64,000 nucleotides of DNA from Candidatus Thiopontia autotrophica (GTDB lineage: Bacteria > Pseudomonadota > Gammaproteobacteria > GCF-002020875). Of this stretch, positions 49,607 to 60,009 are shown piece by piece. The DNA lies in contig JACNFK010000027.1 of NCBI GenBank assembly GCA_014384675.1, positions 966 through 64,965 on the forward strand. Reading direction: 5' to 3'. The notes beneath the pieces are model-generated. The model made no database searches, was not told where the DNA came from, and was given only the letters and a program-made list of their open reading frames with translations. Within the stretch, counting starts at the first letter, position 1. Every line of letters starts with the position of its first letter. Both the position numbers and the translations under genes were made by a program.

Positions 49607-50181
49607 GCCACAAAGTAGATAGCAAAGAGAACTACCTTAGCAACCACCTGCTGATTGCCATGCCTTCACTGCAAGACTCAGGGTTTGACCATACCGTATC
49701 ACTTATCTGTGAACACAATGAGGAGGGGGCCATGGGGTTTGTACTCAATCGCCCCACCAACCTGCATATAGGTGAACTATTTGCACAGATGGATATAACA
49801 GTCACTGCTCCACTAGCAAAAAACAATCTGCTGCATAATGGTGGCCCGGTTCAGCCTGATCGTGGCTTTGTGATTCATACCCCGGTTGGTAATTGGGACT
49901 CCACTCTCGAGGTTACACCAGAAATTGGAATTACCGCATCCAGTGATATTCTGGATGCCATTGCAACCGGCAAGGGGCCAGAAAAACATATCGTCACTCT
50001 TGGTTATGCTGGATGGTCCGGCGGACAACTGGAGCAGGAGATCAGTGAAAATAGCTGGCTCAGTGTTCCTGCAGACCTCCAGCTGATTTTTGATACCGAT
50101 GATGCAAAACGGTGGGAATCATCTGCTGGCAGAATCGGGGTTGATATCTCGTCACTTACCACAGAAGCGGGACATGCCTGA
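49603..50181 (+). CDS. algH: YqgE/AlgH family protein (UPF0301)
   Basis: LLIAMPSLQDSGFDHTVSLICEHNEEGAMGFVLNRP motif. ATGA overlap with apbE. Confidence 0.88.
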   Translation: MSHKVDSKENYLSNHLLIAMPSLQDSGFDHTVSLICEHNEEGAMGFVLNRPTNLHIGELFAQMDITVTAPLAKNNLLHNGGPVQPDRGFVIHTPVGNWDSTLEVTPEIGITASSDILDAIATGKGPEKHIVTLGYAGWSGGQLEQEISENSWLSVPADLQLIFDTDDAKRWESSAGRIGVDISSLTTEAGHA

Positions 50182-50611
50182 CCACACCCTGCTGGGCTTT
50201 GATCTTGGGACACACCGTATTGGGGTTGCCATTGGTCAGGAGATCACAGGATCAGCCCGACCCCTTACTACCATCCATCGCAGCAACAGAAATGCTGATT
50301 GGCAACAGATTAAGGGGCTTATTCATGAGTGGGGAGTCACTGCTGCAGTCGTCGGGATTCCTCTGGATATGGATGGAAACGAGCAGGAGATGAGCCGGCT
50401 CTCAAGAAAATTCAGTAATCAGCTACGTGGCAGATTCAACCTGACTGTATATGAAATCGATGAAAGGCTGACCTCAGTCGAGGCAGAGTCTATAATTCGT
50501 TCAAATAGCGGAAACCGACGACCAACCGAAGAGCGTGATATCGATGCAGTCGCCGCAACCCAAATACTACAGAGCTGGCTAAACAACCAGAATAGAGATG
50601 AATACAATTGA
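50174..50611 (+). CDS. ruvX: Holliday-junction resolvase-like nuclease RuvX/YqgF
   Basis: LLGFDLGTHRIGVAIG motif. ATG at 50174 is preferred; the ORF-track start at 50090 lies inside algH. Confidence 0.88.
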   Translation: MPDHTLLGFDLGTHRIGVAIGQEITGSARPLTTIHRSNRNADWQQIKGLIHEWGVTAAVVGIPLDMDGNEQEMSRLSRKFSNQLRGRFNLTVYEIDERLTSVEAESIIRSNSGNRRPTEERDIDAVAATQILQSWLNNQNRDEYN

Positions 50612-51116
50612 CATAGATACCCTTTCGGTAGATGCACTGATTAGCCAGATGGCTGATCAGTTGCACCAACAGCTTGGAGACCAGCTGGAGAGTGCGCACC
50701 TGATAGGAATACACACTGGTGGAACCTGGGTCGCAGAACAGCTGCACAAAGAGTTAAACAACCAACATCAAATGGGGGAACTCAATATCTCATTCTATAG
50801 AGATGACTTCACCCAGATCGGTCTCCACCCTCAAGTGACCCCTTCCAACCTACCTTTTGATATTGATGGAAAACTGATTATTCTGGTTGATGATGTGCTC
50901 TTCACTGGTCGCACCATACGTGCCGCGTTGAATGAGATATTCGACTATGGAAGACCTGCAAAAGTACTCCTCGCAGTACTGGTAGACAGAGACGAACGAG
51001 AGCTTCCGATACAAGCAGATATCACTGGAGTCAATATTCATGTACAATCCGCGCAGCAAATCAAGCTCAACGGGCCGGTTCCACTGGAACTAAGGATTCA
51101 GCAGTCAGGAGAATGA
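50598..51116 (+). CDS. pyrR: PyrR (pyr regulator / uracil phosphoribosyltransferase family)
   Basis: 172 aa with [22 protein letters not shown]-binding motif. Confidence 0.88.
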   Translation: MNTIDIDTLSVDALISQMADQLHQQLGDQLESAHLIGIHTGGTWVAEQLHKELNNQHQMGELNISFYRDDFTQIGLHPQVTPSNLPFDIDGKLIILVDDVLFTGRTIRAALNEIFDYGRPAKVLLAVLVDRDERELPIQADITGVNIHVQSAQQIKLNGPVPLELRIQQSGE

Positions 51117-52096
51117 GATTTATGTCGAGAAATATACAGCTCGACTCCAACGGAAAACTCCACCACTTCCTCTCTATTGAGGGGCTGAACCGTAATCTCC
51201 TTACAGAAATACTAGACACAGCAGAACACTTCACAAGTGTAGGCAACCAGACCGCCAAGAAGGTTCCTCTGCTCCGCGGCAAAACCATTGCCAACCTCTT
51301 CTTCGAGCCCAGCACCAGAACACGCACTACCTTTGATCTCGCAGAGAAGAGACTCTCGGCAGACGTCCTAAATATAAATATAAACACCTCTGCAACCACC
51401 AAGGGCGAGACCCTTCTCGACACCCTGCAAAACATGGTTGCAATGCAGATCGACATGTTTGTAGTACGCCATGCAGCCAGTGGTGCAGCACACTTTGTGG
51501 CACAGAATGTTCCCAACCATATCAGCGTAATCAATGCTGGTGATGGACGTCATGCACACCCTACCCAGGCAATGCTTGATATGTTTACTATCCGCAGACA
51601 CAAGGAAGATTTCACCCGTCTACGGGTCGCCATTATTGGTGACGTAATGCACTCACGAGTAGCGCGCTCGCAGATACATGCACTTAATACACTTGGGTGT
51701 CCAGAGGTTCGGGTTATTGCACCACGCACACTTATCCCATCTCATGTGGAGGACCTGGGCGTACACGTTACTACCAACATAGAAGATGGTCTAAACGATG
51801 TTGATGTAATCATCATGCTACGTCTGCAAAATGAACGGATGAGTGGCGCACATCTACCGAGCAAAAAAGAGTACTTCCAATACTACGGCCTTACCGAAGA
51901 GCGACTCCAGCTGGCTGCTGATGATGCAATCATCATGCACCCTGGGCCAATGAACCGTGGAGTGGAGATCGACAGCACTGTCGCAGACAGCAGCCATTCC
52001 GTCATTCTTCAACAGGTAACAAACGGTATTGCTGTCCGCATGGCTATCCTCTCAATGGCCATGCAGAGCCAAAGCGGACAGGGAGGCGAACAGTGA
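51113..52096 (+). CDS. pyrB: Aspartate carbamoyltransferase catalytic subunit
   Basis: [16 protein letters not shown] and [11 protein letters not shown] motifs. ATGA overlap with pyrR; the alternative ATG at 51122 is possible. Confidence 0.95.
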   Translation: MRFMSRNIQLDSNGKLHHFLSIEGLNRNLLTEILDTAEHFTSVGNQTAKKVPLLRGKTIANLFFEPSTRTRTTFDLAEKRLSADVLNININTSATTKGETLLDTLQNMVAMQIDMFVVRHAASGAAHFVAQNVPNHISVINAGDGRHAHPTQAMLDMFTIRRHKEDFTRLRVAIIGDVMHSRVARSQIHALNTLGCPEVRVIAPRTLIPSHVEDLGVHVTTNIEDGLNDVDVIIMLRLQNERMSGAHLPSKKEYFQYYGLTEERLQLAADDAIIMHPGPMNRGVEIDSTVADSSHSVILQQVTNGIAVRMAILSMAMQSQSGQGGEQ

Positions 52097-53358
52097 ACAT
52101 CCTGATCCAGAATGGGCACATCATTGACCCAGCCAATGGTATAGACCAGATCGGTGATATCCGGATCTCGGAGGGCAAGATTATCTCTGCCACAGAGGAT
52201 TTCCAGGCTGATAAAACAGTTGATGCCAGCAATCTTATTGTCTGTCCTGGGCTGGTGGATATGCGTGCCCGGCTACGTGAACCAGGACAAACCCATAAAG
52301 GAACAATAGAGAGTGAAACCCGTGCCGCCGCCAGTGCCGGGGTTACAACACTATGCATACCGCCAGATACCCAGCCGATCATAGATACGCCTGCAGTCAT
52401 TGAATTGATTCGTAACAGGGCAAAAGATTCTGGATACGCCTCCGTCATCCCTCTTGGGGCGTTGACTCACGGGCTTGACGGAGAGCACCTAAGTAATATG
52501 GGCGCACTGAAAGAGGCGGGATGTGCCGGTGTCTCCAATGCACAATCACCAATCAGCAACTCTCTGGTAATGCGACGAGCACTAGAGTATGCAGCAAGCC
52601 ATGAGCTGACGGTTTTCCTCCACTCGGCAGACCCGTGGCTAACCAATAGCGGATGCGTACACGAAGGCACTGTAAGCACCCGTCTAGGTTTACCTGGAAT
52701 TCCTGATGCAGCAGAAGCTGCTGGAGTAGCACGCGACCTGGTTCTAATTCGTGAGACTGGTGTACGTGCCCACTTCTGCGGCATCTCCAGTCTCCGTGCT
52801 CTGCAGATGATTGAGCTTGCACAGAAGAGTGGGCTCCCGGTAAGTGTTGATGTTGCTGTTCACCACCTCTACCTTACCGAGATGGATATTGGTGAATTCA
52901 ACAGCCTCTGCCATGTACTGCCCCCACTACGCACCGAACGTGATCGTGCAGGCCTGGTCAATGGAGTACTCTCATCAACCATTCAGGCCATCTGTTCCGA
53001 CCATCAACCCCATGATGAGGATGCAAAAGCTGCCCCATTCGAACAGACAGAGCCCGGCATAAGCAGTGTTGAAACCCTCTTGCCACTCACACTCAGACTT
53101 GCCAAAGAGCATGATATATCCATCTCTGACGCCATCTCCATGGTAACCAACCGGCCTGCCGAGATCCTGGGGATTGATGCAGGAACACTTGGTGAAGGCA
53201 GAAGCGCCGATATCACCATCTTTGACCCAGAGGCATGGTGGACGGTTACAACTGAAAGCCTGCAAAGTACAGGAAAGAACAGCCCCTTCCTTAACTGGGA
53301 GCTTCAGGGCAGAGTTACCCATACCATAATGGGTGGAAATATAGTTCATGAATCCTGA
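52093..53358 (+). CDS. pyrC': Dihydroorotase-like protein PyrC' (probable non-catalytic ATCase partner)
   Basis: 421 aa with a DHOase fold, but the metal-binding D-x-H-x-H motif reads DMRAR (52258-52272, [14 protein letters not shown]). It overlaps pyrB by 4 nt. Confidence 0.85.
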   Translation: MNILIQNGHIIDPANGIDQIGDIRISEGKIISATEDFQADKTVDASNLIVCPGLVDMRARLREPGQTHKGTIESETRAAASAGVTTLCIPPDTQPIIDTPAVIELIRNRAKDSGYASVIPLGALTHGLDGEHLSNMGALKEAGCAGVSNAQSPISNSLVMRRALEYAASHELTVFLHSADPWLTNSGCVHEGTVSTRLGLPGIPDAAEAAGVARDLVLIRETGVRAHFCGISSLRALQMIELAQKSGLPVSVDVAVHHLYLTEMDIGEFNSLCHVLPPLRTERDRAGLVNGVLSSTIQAICSDHQPHDEDAKAAPFEQTEPGISSVETLLPLTLRLAKEHDISISDAISMVTNRPAEILGIDAGTLGEGRSADITIFDPEAWWTVTTESLQSTGKNSPFLNWELQGRVTHTIMGGNIVHES

Positions 53359-54217
53359 TCGAAACTCTATCTTCAAGGAAGAGACAACCATCCTTGAGCA
53401 CCTCCACCTGGATGGTGATCAACATATCCTCAAGCTCAAGGCGCCTGAGATTGCCTCCAGGGCCATGCCTGGTAGTTTTGTACATGTAGAGTGTGGGCCA
53501 CAATTTACCCTGCGCAGACCTATATCCATAATGCGTGCAAACAAAGAACAAGGAACCATAGAGTTACTCTACAAAAAACTTGGCAAGGGAACTGCAGCAC
53601 TGGCAGAGATCGAGACTGGTGAACCACTAAGTCTACTAGGCCCTATTGGAAAACCATTTGCCCCCCATCCGGAACGAAGTCGCCCACTTCTTATTGGTGG
53701 TGGTGTCGGCATGCCGCCAATGGTATTTATTGCCGATTCACTGCAGAGTGAGTCCGCCTACAAACCATTTGTAATTCTTGGCTCAGAAGTACCCTTTCCG
53801 TTCCCGGTAACCCCCTCACAGATAGTCATTCCTGGAATGCCTGATGGTGTTATCGGCTCAATGCCACTACTGGAGGACTGGGGCATTCCAAGTCGACTAT
53901 CCAGTCTACAGGGCTATCCTGGAACTCATGATGGATATGTAACAGATCTTGCCAGACACTGGCTTAACTCACTTTCAGATGAAGAGCGCAATCAGGTCGA
54001 GCTCTTCAGCTGCGGCCCTCATCCAATGCTGGAGGCAGTTGCCAAACTGGCAAAAGAGTACAACCTGCCATGCCAGGTATCACTTGAAGAGTTTATGGCC
54101 TGCGGAATTGGCGGCTGTGCCGGCTGCGTTGTGCAGATTGAAACACCGGAAGGGCCTGCCATGAAACGGGTCTGTGTGGATGGTCCTGTGTTTGATGCAG
54201 CCACCGTGTTTGCCTGA
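53348..54217 (+). CDS. PyrK-like FAD/NAD-binding oxidoreductase with C-terminal 2Fe-2S cluster motif
   Basis: RPISIM flavin motif, LIGGGVGMPPM nucleotide motif, and C-terminal CGIGGCAGC...C cluster motif. It overlaps pyrC' by 11 nt. Confidence 0.75.
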   Translation: MNPDRNSIFKEETTILEHLHLDGDQHILKLKAPEIASRAMPGSFVHVECGPQFTLRRPISIMRANKEQGTIELLYKKLGKGTAALAEIETGEPLSLLGPIGKPFAPHPERSRPLLIGGGVGMPPMVFIADSLQSESAYKPFVILGSEVPFPFPVTPSQIVIPGMPDGVIGSMPLLEDWGIPSRLSSLQGYPGTHDGYVTDLARHWLNSLSDEERNQVELFSCGPHPMLEAVAKLAKEYNLPCQVSLEEFMACGIGGCAGCVVQIETPEGPAMKRVCVDGPVFDAATVFA

Positions 54218-54222
54218 CAGTT

Positions 54223-54239
54223 AGCTCTGATTAAGTCAC
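54223..54239 (+). repeat. 17-nt fragment identical to the left end of MITE copies B/C
   Basis: AGCTCTGATTAAGTCAC equals 23014-23030. It spans the 13-nt convergent gap between the PyrK-like gene and recQ and includes the recQ stop codon (54231-54233). Confidence 0.55.
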
Positions 54240-56045
54240 AACAGTAGATTTTGACTCGATGTAATCGGCAATCTCACCCAGAAATATCTCACCGTACTTA
54301 TACATCTTCTTCTCACCAACTCCGTTGATCTCAAGGAACTCACCTCTATTTTTTGGAAGGTGTATGGCCATCTGAGTCAGAGTTGCATCTCCAAAAACCA
54401 TAAATGGCGCAATCCCCTCTTGGTTTGACAGATCCTTGCGAAGATCTCTTAATAGTTCAAACAACAGTTCATCTCTACCCTCAACAGCAACTGCCAGTTT
54501 TTTCCTCTTTTTGACCTTCTCTTTGAGTCTTGGTTTGGCCAACTCTAGCTTCTTCTCCCCTTTCAGAATCGAACGTGCATCTTGTGTAAGTTTTAATACG
54601 GAGTAGTTGGCTATATCCTGAATAAGGTAGCCTCGATGAATAAGCTGCCTAAACAGGCTTGTCCACTCTGCATCACTACGATCCCCACCAATACCGTATG
54701 TGGTGAGCTCATTATGGTGAAGATTTCTGATACGCTCGTTATCCATTCCTCGTAGCACATCCACCACATGGCGCATTCCATATCTCTGTCCTACACGATA
54801 AACACAAGAGAGTGCTTTCTGCGCATCTACAGTGGCGTCATAACACTCCGGCGGATCAGAACATACATCACAGTTCCCACAATCTTTACCGAGTTCTTCA
54901 CCAAAGTAGTTGAGCAACACCCTACGCCTACAGGTAAGTGTCTCTGCAAATGCAATCATGCTGTTCAGTTTGTGGGTCTCTATTCTCTTCTGCTCCTCAT
55001 TTTGGCTATTTTCCACCAGACGTCTAGCCATCACCATATCCTGCGCACCAAACAGCAGTAGCGCCTCCGCAGGCAGGCCATCACGCCCTGCGCGCCCGGT
55101 CTCCTGATAGTATCCCTCAATATTTTTTGGCAGATCGTAGTGGACCACAAAACGAACATCAGGCTTGTCTATACCCATTCCGAAGGCAACTGTCGCAACC
55201 ACCACATCGATCTCATCCCTCATGAATTTTTCATGGGCCTCTTGCCTTCTGGCTGCTGGAAGACCAGCATGGTATGGATGCGCACGAAAACCTGCCAACT
55301 GTAGTTTATCTGCAACCTCCTCCACCCTTTTTCGGCTAAGCGCATAGACAATTCCTCTGCTTCCATCGACACGACTCAAAAAGGCCTTGAGCTGATCAAA
55401 TGGCTTGCTCTTCTCCAGCGCACTGTAACGAATGTTTGGCCGATCAAAACCGGTTACATGAACCTTTGACTCTTTCAGACGAAGACGGTGAATAATGTCC
55501 CTGCGGGTCTGAGGATCAGCTGTGGCAGTAAGAGCAACCATTGGGATTCTCGGAAACTGCTCTCGTAAATGTCCCAGCTGCACATATTCCGGTCTGAAAT
55601 CATGCCCCCACTGGGATACACAGTGTGATTCATCCACCGCAAACAGTGAGATATCCACATCTTTCATTCTTGCCAAAAAACCGGCGGACATGATTCTTTC
55701 TGGTGCTACGTACATTAGATCAAGCTCACCCGCATGAAAACGGGCAATGGTCTGGCGTGAATCTGCCTCATTTAGTGATGAGTTGTAATATGCGGCCTCT
55801 ACGCCATTTGCCTTCAGTGCATCCACTTGATCTTTCATTAATGAGATAAGCGGGGAGATTACGATAGCTGTACCAGGAAATATCAGTGCCGGAATCTGGT
55901 AACAGAGAGACTTTCCTCCACCGGTAGGCATCAGGATAAAAGCATCGTGCCGTGAGAGGACATCACTGATGATCTCTTCCTGGTGGGGACGAAATTCACT
56001 GTATCCAAATACGGTCTGAAGAATATCTTTTGGGGTTTTATCCAC
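54231..56045 (-). CDS. recQ: ATP-dependent DNA helicase RecQ
   Basis: 604 aa, GTG start. Contains PTGGGKS, DESHCVSQWGHDFRPEY, a zinc-finger Cys cluster and a C-terminal HRDC-like region. Confidence 0.95.
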   Translation of the reverse strand: MDKTPKDILQTVFGYSEFRPHQEEIISDVLSRHDAFILMPTGGGKSLCYQIPALIFPGTAIVISPLISLMKDQVDALKANGVEAAYYNSSLNEADSRQTIARFHAGELDLMYVAPERIMSAGFLARMKDVDISLFAVDESHCVSQWGHDFRPEYVQLGHLREQFPRIPMVALTATADPQTRRDIIHRLRLKESKVHVTGFDRPNIRYSALEKSKPFDQLKAFLSRVDGSRGIVYALSRKRVEEVADKLQLAGFRAHPYHAGLPAARRQEAHEKFMRDEIDVVVATVAFGMGIDKPDVRFVVHYDLPKNIEGYYQETGRAGRDGLPAEALLLFGAQDMVMARRLVENSQNEEQKRIETHKLNSMIAFAETLTCRRRVLLNYFGEELGKDCGNCDVCSDPPECYDATVDAQKALSCVYRVGQRYGMRHVVDVLRGMDNERIRNLHHNELTTYGIGGDRSDAEWTSLFRQLIHRGYLIQDIANYSVLKLTQDARSILKGEKKLELAKPRLKEKVKKRKKLAVAVEGRDELLFELLRDLRKDLSNQEGIAPFMVFGDATLTQMAIHLPKNRGEFLEINGVGEKKMYKYGEIFLGEIADYIESKSTVVT

Positions 56046-56125
56046 GAACTGGGGCCTGTGATTTACTGAACTGGTAATTATAGTGGAATCTGAAAAACCA
56101 GATACTCCACGTTATACTCCGCAGT

Positions 56126-56806
56126 ATGGCCATTAGGGATCAACTTGACCAAATTCACCAGAGAATTGATGGTGCCGCAAAACAGTATGGACGCCCCCAT
56201 CAATCTGTAAAGTTGCTTGCCGTCAGCAAGACAAAGCCTGCCACAATGGTGCACAAGGCCTATGATGCCGGACAGCGTGATTTTGGAGAGAACTATCTGC
56301 AGGATGCCCTGGAGAAAATCGATGCACTACCGCTCGATGATATTGTCTGGCACTTTATTGGTGCCATTCAATCCAACAAGACCAAGACCATAGCTGAAAA
56401 TTTTGACTGGGTACATGGAGTAGATCGTCTGAAGATTGCGCGCAGGCTTGGTGAGCAGAGACCTTCTGCCAAAGAGCCCATCAATATCTGTATCCAGGTA
56501 AATAGCAGTGGTGAGGAGAGTAAATCCGGAGTCTTATTCAGTGAACTTCCCAGTCTGGCAAAGGAGATTGGCAAACTGCCCGGGATCAGATTGCGTGGCC
56601 TGATGACTCTGCCTGCACCATCCAGCAGTCTGAATGAACAGCGCGTACCTTTTCGGCAACTTCATGATGCAATGGTGCAACTCAACGAAGATGGGCTCTC
56701 TCTTGATACCCTCTCGATGGGCATGTCTGGAGATATGGAGGCTGCAATTGCCGAAGGTGCAACAATAGTGCGTATTGGTACCGATATATTTGGTGCCCGA
56801 CAATGA
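56126..56806 (+). CDS. yggS: YggS family pyridoxal-phosphate homeostasis protein
   Basis: LLAVSKTKP (PLP lysine) and HFIGAIQSNK motifs; 226 aa. Confidence 0.9.
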   Translation: MAIRDQLDQIHQRIDGAAKQYGRPHQSVKLLAVSKTKPATMVHKAYDAGQRDFGENYLQDALEKIDALPLDDIVWHFIGAIQSNKTKTIAENFDWVHGVDRLKIARRLGEQRPSAKEPINICIQVNSSGEESKSGVLFSELPSLAKEIGKLPGIRLRGLMTLPAPSSSLNEQRVPFRQLHDAMVQLNEDGLSLDTLSMGMSGDMEAAIAEGATIVRIGTDIFGARQ

Positions 56807-57591
56807 GGCCGACGATATTGGTCTTTGGTGGCCACGACCCAAGCGGTGGCGCCGGGATTCAGGCAGATATTGAGACTATCGGATCACTCGGTGGTCATGC
56901 TGCAACTGTCATAACTGCACTAACAGCACAGGATAGCCATTCAGTAAAAGCTGTAGAGCCAGTCTCTCTGGATCTGTTTATTCAGCAGGCTCGGCTCTTG
57001 CTGGATGATATGTCGATGCAGGCGATAAAGATCGGAATGGTCGGCTCCATAGAGATCTGTGAGGCAATTCATACTCTATTAACTGAACACTCTGATGTCC
57101 CGGTTATCCTTGACCCTGTTCTGGCAGACGGTGGCGGGGGCTACCTCTCAACTGATGGCGTAGCTGAGGCTATATCTACCCTTTTGATCCCGCTTGCTAC
57201 TGTTGCAACCCCAAACCGCAAGGAGCTGATGCAGTTGGCCCCTGATGGAGACACTCTGCAGGCCAGTGGTGCTGAGCTCATCTCTATGGGTTGTGAATAT
57301 CTGCTGATTACAGGAACTGACAACCCCACAGCTGACGAAGAACCTGACAAGGTTCACCATCTGCTGATGAACAGGGATGGAATAAAAGAACTCTTTCAAT
57401 ATCCTCGGCTTCCCAATAATTATCATGGATCCGGATGCACTCTGGCATCATCTATTGCCACAGGTATAGCTGCTGGAGAAAATGTAGATGAGGCAGTTGT
57501 CAGGGGATTGGAGTTTACCTGGAATAGTCTGAATAACAGTTTTCACCCGGGTAGCGGACAACATTTTCCAGATCGGTTTCGTAGCAAATAG
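56803..57591 (+). CDS. thiD: Hydroxymethylpyrimidine/phosphomethylpyrimidine kinase
   Basis: GGHDPSGGAGIQADIET and GSGCTLASSIA motifs. Confidence 0.92.
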   Translation: MRPTILVFGGHDPSGGAGIQADIETIGSLGGHAATVITALTAQDSHSVKAVEPVSLDLFIQQARLLLDDMSMQAIKIGMVGSIEICEAIHTLLTEHSDVPVILDPVLADGGGGYLSTDGVAEAISTLLIPLATVATPNRKELMQLAPDGDTLQASGAELISMGCEYLLITGTDNPTADEEPDKVHHLLMNRDGIKELFQYPRLPNNYHGSGCTLASSIATGIAAGENVDEAVVRGLEFTWNSLNNSFHPGSGQHFPDRFRSK

Positions 57592-57595
57592 ATAG

Positions 57596-58225
57596 ATGAA
57601 ACAAAAACTATCCGGCCTCTACCTTATTACTGACCGCCGCCTTACTGACAAGGCTGGTCTTGTCCCTGCAGTGGCAGAGGCAATTCAGGGGGGCGTAAGT
57701 ATTGTTCAGTACAGAAACAAGCACGCAAACAGAGAGCGCAAACTCTGGGAAATATCGGACCTTGCCACTCTCTGTCGCCCTCTCGGCATCCCGCTTATCG
57801 TTAATGATGATACCGATCTGGTAATAGAATCAGGTGCTGATGGCGTCCACCTTGGCAGTGATGATGGCTCAGTCGAAGAGGCACGAAAATTACTGGGAAA
57901 TGAGGCTATTATTGGAGTCTCCTGCTACAATTCGTTCGATAGCGCACGGATGGCCGCAGAACAGGGGGCTGACTACATAGCCTTTGGCAGGTTCTTCCCC
58001 TCACAGACCAAGCCGGATGCAGTTCATGCAACAACTGAGGTGCTGACACAAGCCCGCACAGAGTTGCAGCTGCCGATCGTCGCAATTGGAGGAGTAGATA
58101 GCAGTAATGGCAAATCACTGATTGATGCAGGGGCAGATATGCTTGCTGTAATTAATGCTGTTTTGGGCGCTACAAATATCCAGCAAGCTGCCCAGGATAT
58201 TGCCAACCTGTTTGATACCAAATAG
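57596..58225 (+). CDS. thiE: Thiamine-phosphate synthase
   Basis: LYLITD, VQYRNK and VAIGGV motifs; 209 aa. Confidence 0.9.
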   Translation: MKQKLSGLYLITDRRLTDKAGLVPAVAEAIQGGVSIVQYRNKHANRERKLWEISDLATLCRPLGIPLIVNDDTDLVIESGADGVHLGSDDGSVEEARKLLGNEAIIGVSCYNSFDSARMAAEQGADYIAFGRFFPSQTKPDAVHATTEVLTQARTELQLPIVAIGGVDSSNGKSLIDAGADMLAVINAVLGATNIQQAAQDIANLFDTK

Positions 58226-58276
58226 ATTCAGGAAAATTTTCGAAAGAAAAACAGACACAAGGAAGAGTATAAAGTT

Positions 58277-59557
58277 ATGACCCGTTCACATGACCTTTTT
58301 GAAGAGGCCCAGCAACATATTCCTGGTGGAGTAAATTCACCTGTTCGCGCATTCAGAGGTGTTGGTGGAGATCCTGTCTACATCCAGAGAGCCGAAGGGG
58401 CCTATATCCATGATGAAGATGGTAATCGTTATGTTGATTATGTTGGATCATGGGGGCCAATGATCCTGGGGCATGCACACCCTGACGTTGTAAAAGTTGT
58501 ACAGGATGGTGCAGCAAATGGTCTGAGCTTTGGTGCTCCTACAGAGATAGAAACCCAGATGGCCGAGAAGGTAAAAGAGCTCGTACCATCAATTGAGATG
58601 GTGCGTATGGTTAGCTCAGGTACTGAGGCCACCATGAGCGCAATCAGACTTGCTCGAGGCTACACAGGACGAGACAAGATTCTGAAGTTTGAAGGATGCT
58701 ACCACGGCCATGCTGATTCTCTACTGGTAAAAGCCGGCTCTGGTGCATTGACCCTGGGGGTACCAACCTCACCCGGTGTTCCTGCCTCACTTGCTGAACA
58801 CACCCTGACCCTGAGTTATAACAACATTGATCAGGTACGTGAACTCTTTGCCGAGGTTGGCAGGGAGATAGCCTGTATCATCGTGGAACCTGTTGCTGGA
58901 AACATGAACTGTGTGCCTCCTGTTATCGGTTTTCTGGAGGGGCTGCGTGAGGTCTGTGATGAGTATGGAACAGTATTGATTCTGGATGAGGTCATGACCG
59001 GTTTTCGTGTAAGCCTTGGTGGCGCTCAGGGCAAACTTGGCATTACCCCAGACCTGACCACACTTGGCAAAGTTATTGGTGGTGGAATGCCGGTTGGCGC
59101 ATTTGGTGGCAAACGCGAGATCATGGAACATCTGGCTCCACTTGGTCCTGTCTATCAGGCTGGGACCCTATCTGGCAACCCTCTGGCGATGGCGGCAGGA
59201 CTGAAGACTCTTGAGTTGATCTCTGCTCCCAACTTCTTTGCTGATCTGGAAGAGAAGGTAAAAACCCTGACTGACGGCATTATGGCTGCTGCTGCAGATA
59301 ATAATATTCCGATGCAGTACAACCGTATCGGCGGCATGTTTGGCCTCTTCTTTACCGAGGATGAGAAGATCGAAAACTTTGACCAGGTTATGGCTTGTGA
59401 CAGCGAGCGCTTCGGTAAATTCTTCCACGGCATGCTTGATGAAGGAATATATCTTGCCCCATCCGCCTTTGAGGCCGGTTTTGTCTCTGCCGCCCATACT
59501 GATAGCGACCTGCAGACAACAATAGATGCTGCGCGCAAGGTTCTGGCGACTTTATAG
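58277..59557 (+). CDS. hemL: Glutamate-1-semialdehyde 2,1-aminomutase
   Basis: [18 protein letters not shown] and TLGKVIGGG (PLP lysine) motifs; 426 aa. Confidence 0.96.
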   Translation: MTRSHDLFEEAQQHIPGGVNSPVRAFRGVGGDPVYIQRAEGAYIHDEDGNRYVDYVGSWGPMILGHAHPDVVKVVQDGAANGLSFGAPTEIETQMAEKVKELVPSIEMVRMVSSGTEATMSAIRLARGYTGRDKILKFEGCYHGHADSLLVKAGSGALTLGVPTSPGVPASLAEHTLTLSYNNIDQVRELFAEVGREIACIIVEPVAGNMNCVPPVIGFLEGLREVCDEYGTVLILDEVMTGFRVSLGGAQGKLGITPDLTTLGKVIGGGMPVGAFGGKREIMEHLAPLGPVYQAGTLSGNPLAMAAGLKTLELISAPNFFADLEEKVKTLTDGIMAAAADNNIPMQYNRIGGMFGLFFTEDEKIENFDQVMACDSERFGKFFHGMLDEGIYLAPSAFEAGFVSAAHTDSDLQTTIDAARKVLATL

Positions 59558-59565
59558 ATATATTT

Positions 59566-60009
59566 ATGGAGTGGTGGCAAGAAATTAGCGGATGGTTTTC
59601 GGCCAACGAGGAGCTACTGTTCTGGATCGGAATTGGGTCAGCCATTATGTTGGTTGCCTCAATTGCTGCGCTTCCATGGCTGGTCAGCAGAATCCCTGAG
59701 GACTATTTCGACCACACAAAAGAGCCAACGGTAGCCCCCCTCAAGGGACACCCGGCAGCCCGGTTTCTGGTTCATCTGGTCCGTAATCTGATTGGGTTGG
59801 TGCTGATCATTGCCGGCATTCTGATGCTATTTCTCCCCGGCCAAGGGCTATTGACCCTGCTGCTGGGAATCATGATGACTCATTTTCCAGGCAAATATCA
59901 TGTTGAGCAGTGGTTTATCCGACAACCCGGCATTCTGACCGCCATCAACTGGTTTAGAGAAAAGGGTGGCACCGCCCCGCTTATCGTAAAGGAGATCCAT
60001 GACAATTAA
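59566..60009 (+). CDS. Small hypothetical membrane protein (possibly PGPGW-type)
   Basis: Three predicted TM segments; LFLPGQGLL resembles the PGPGW motif only loosely. Confidence 0.5.
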   Translation: MEWWQEISGWFSANEELLFWIGIGSAIMLVASIAALPWLVSRIPEDYFDHTKEPTVAPLKGHPAARFLVHLVRNLIGLVLIIAGILMLFLPGQGLLTLLLGIMMTHFPGKYHVEQWFIRQPGILTAINWFREKGGTAPLIVKEIHDN

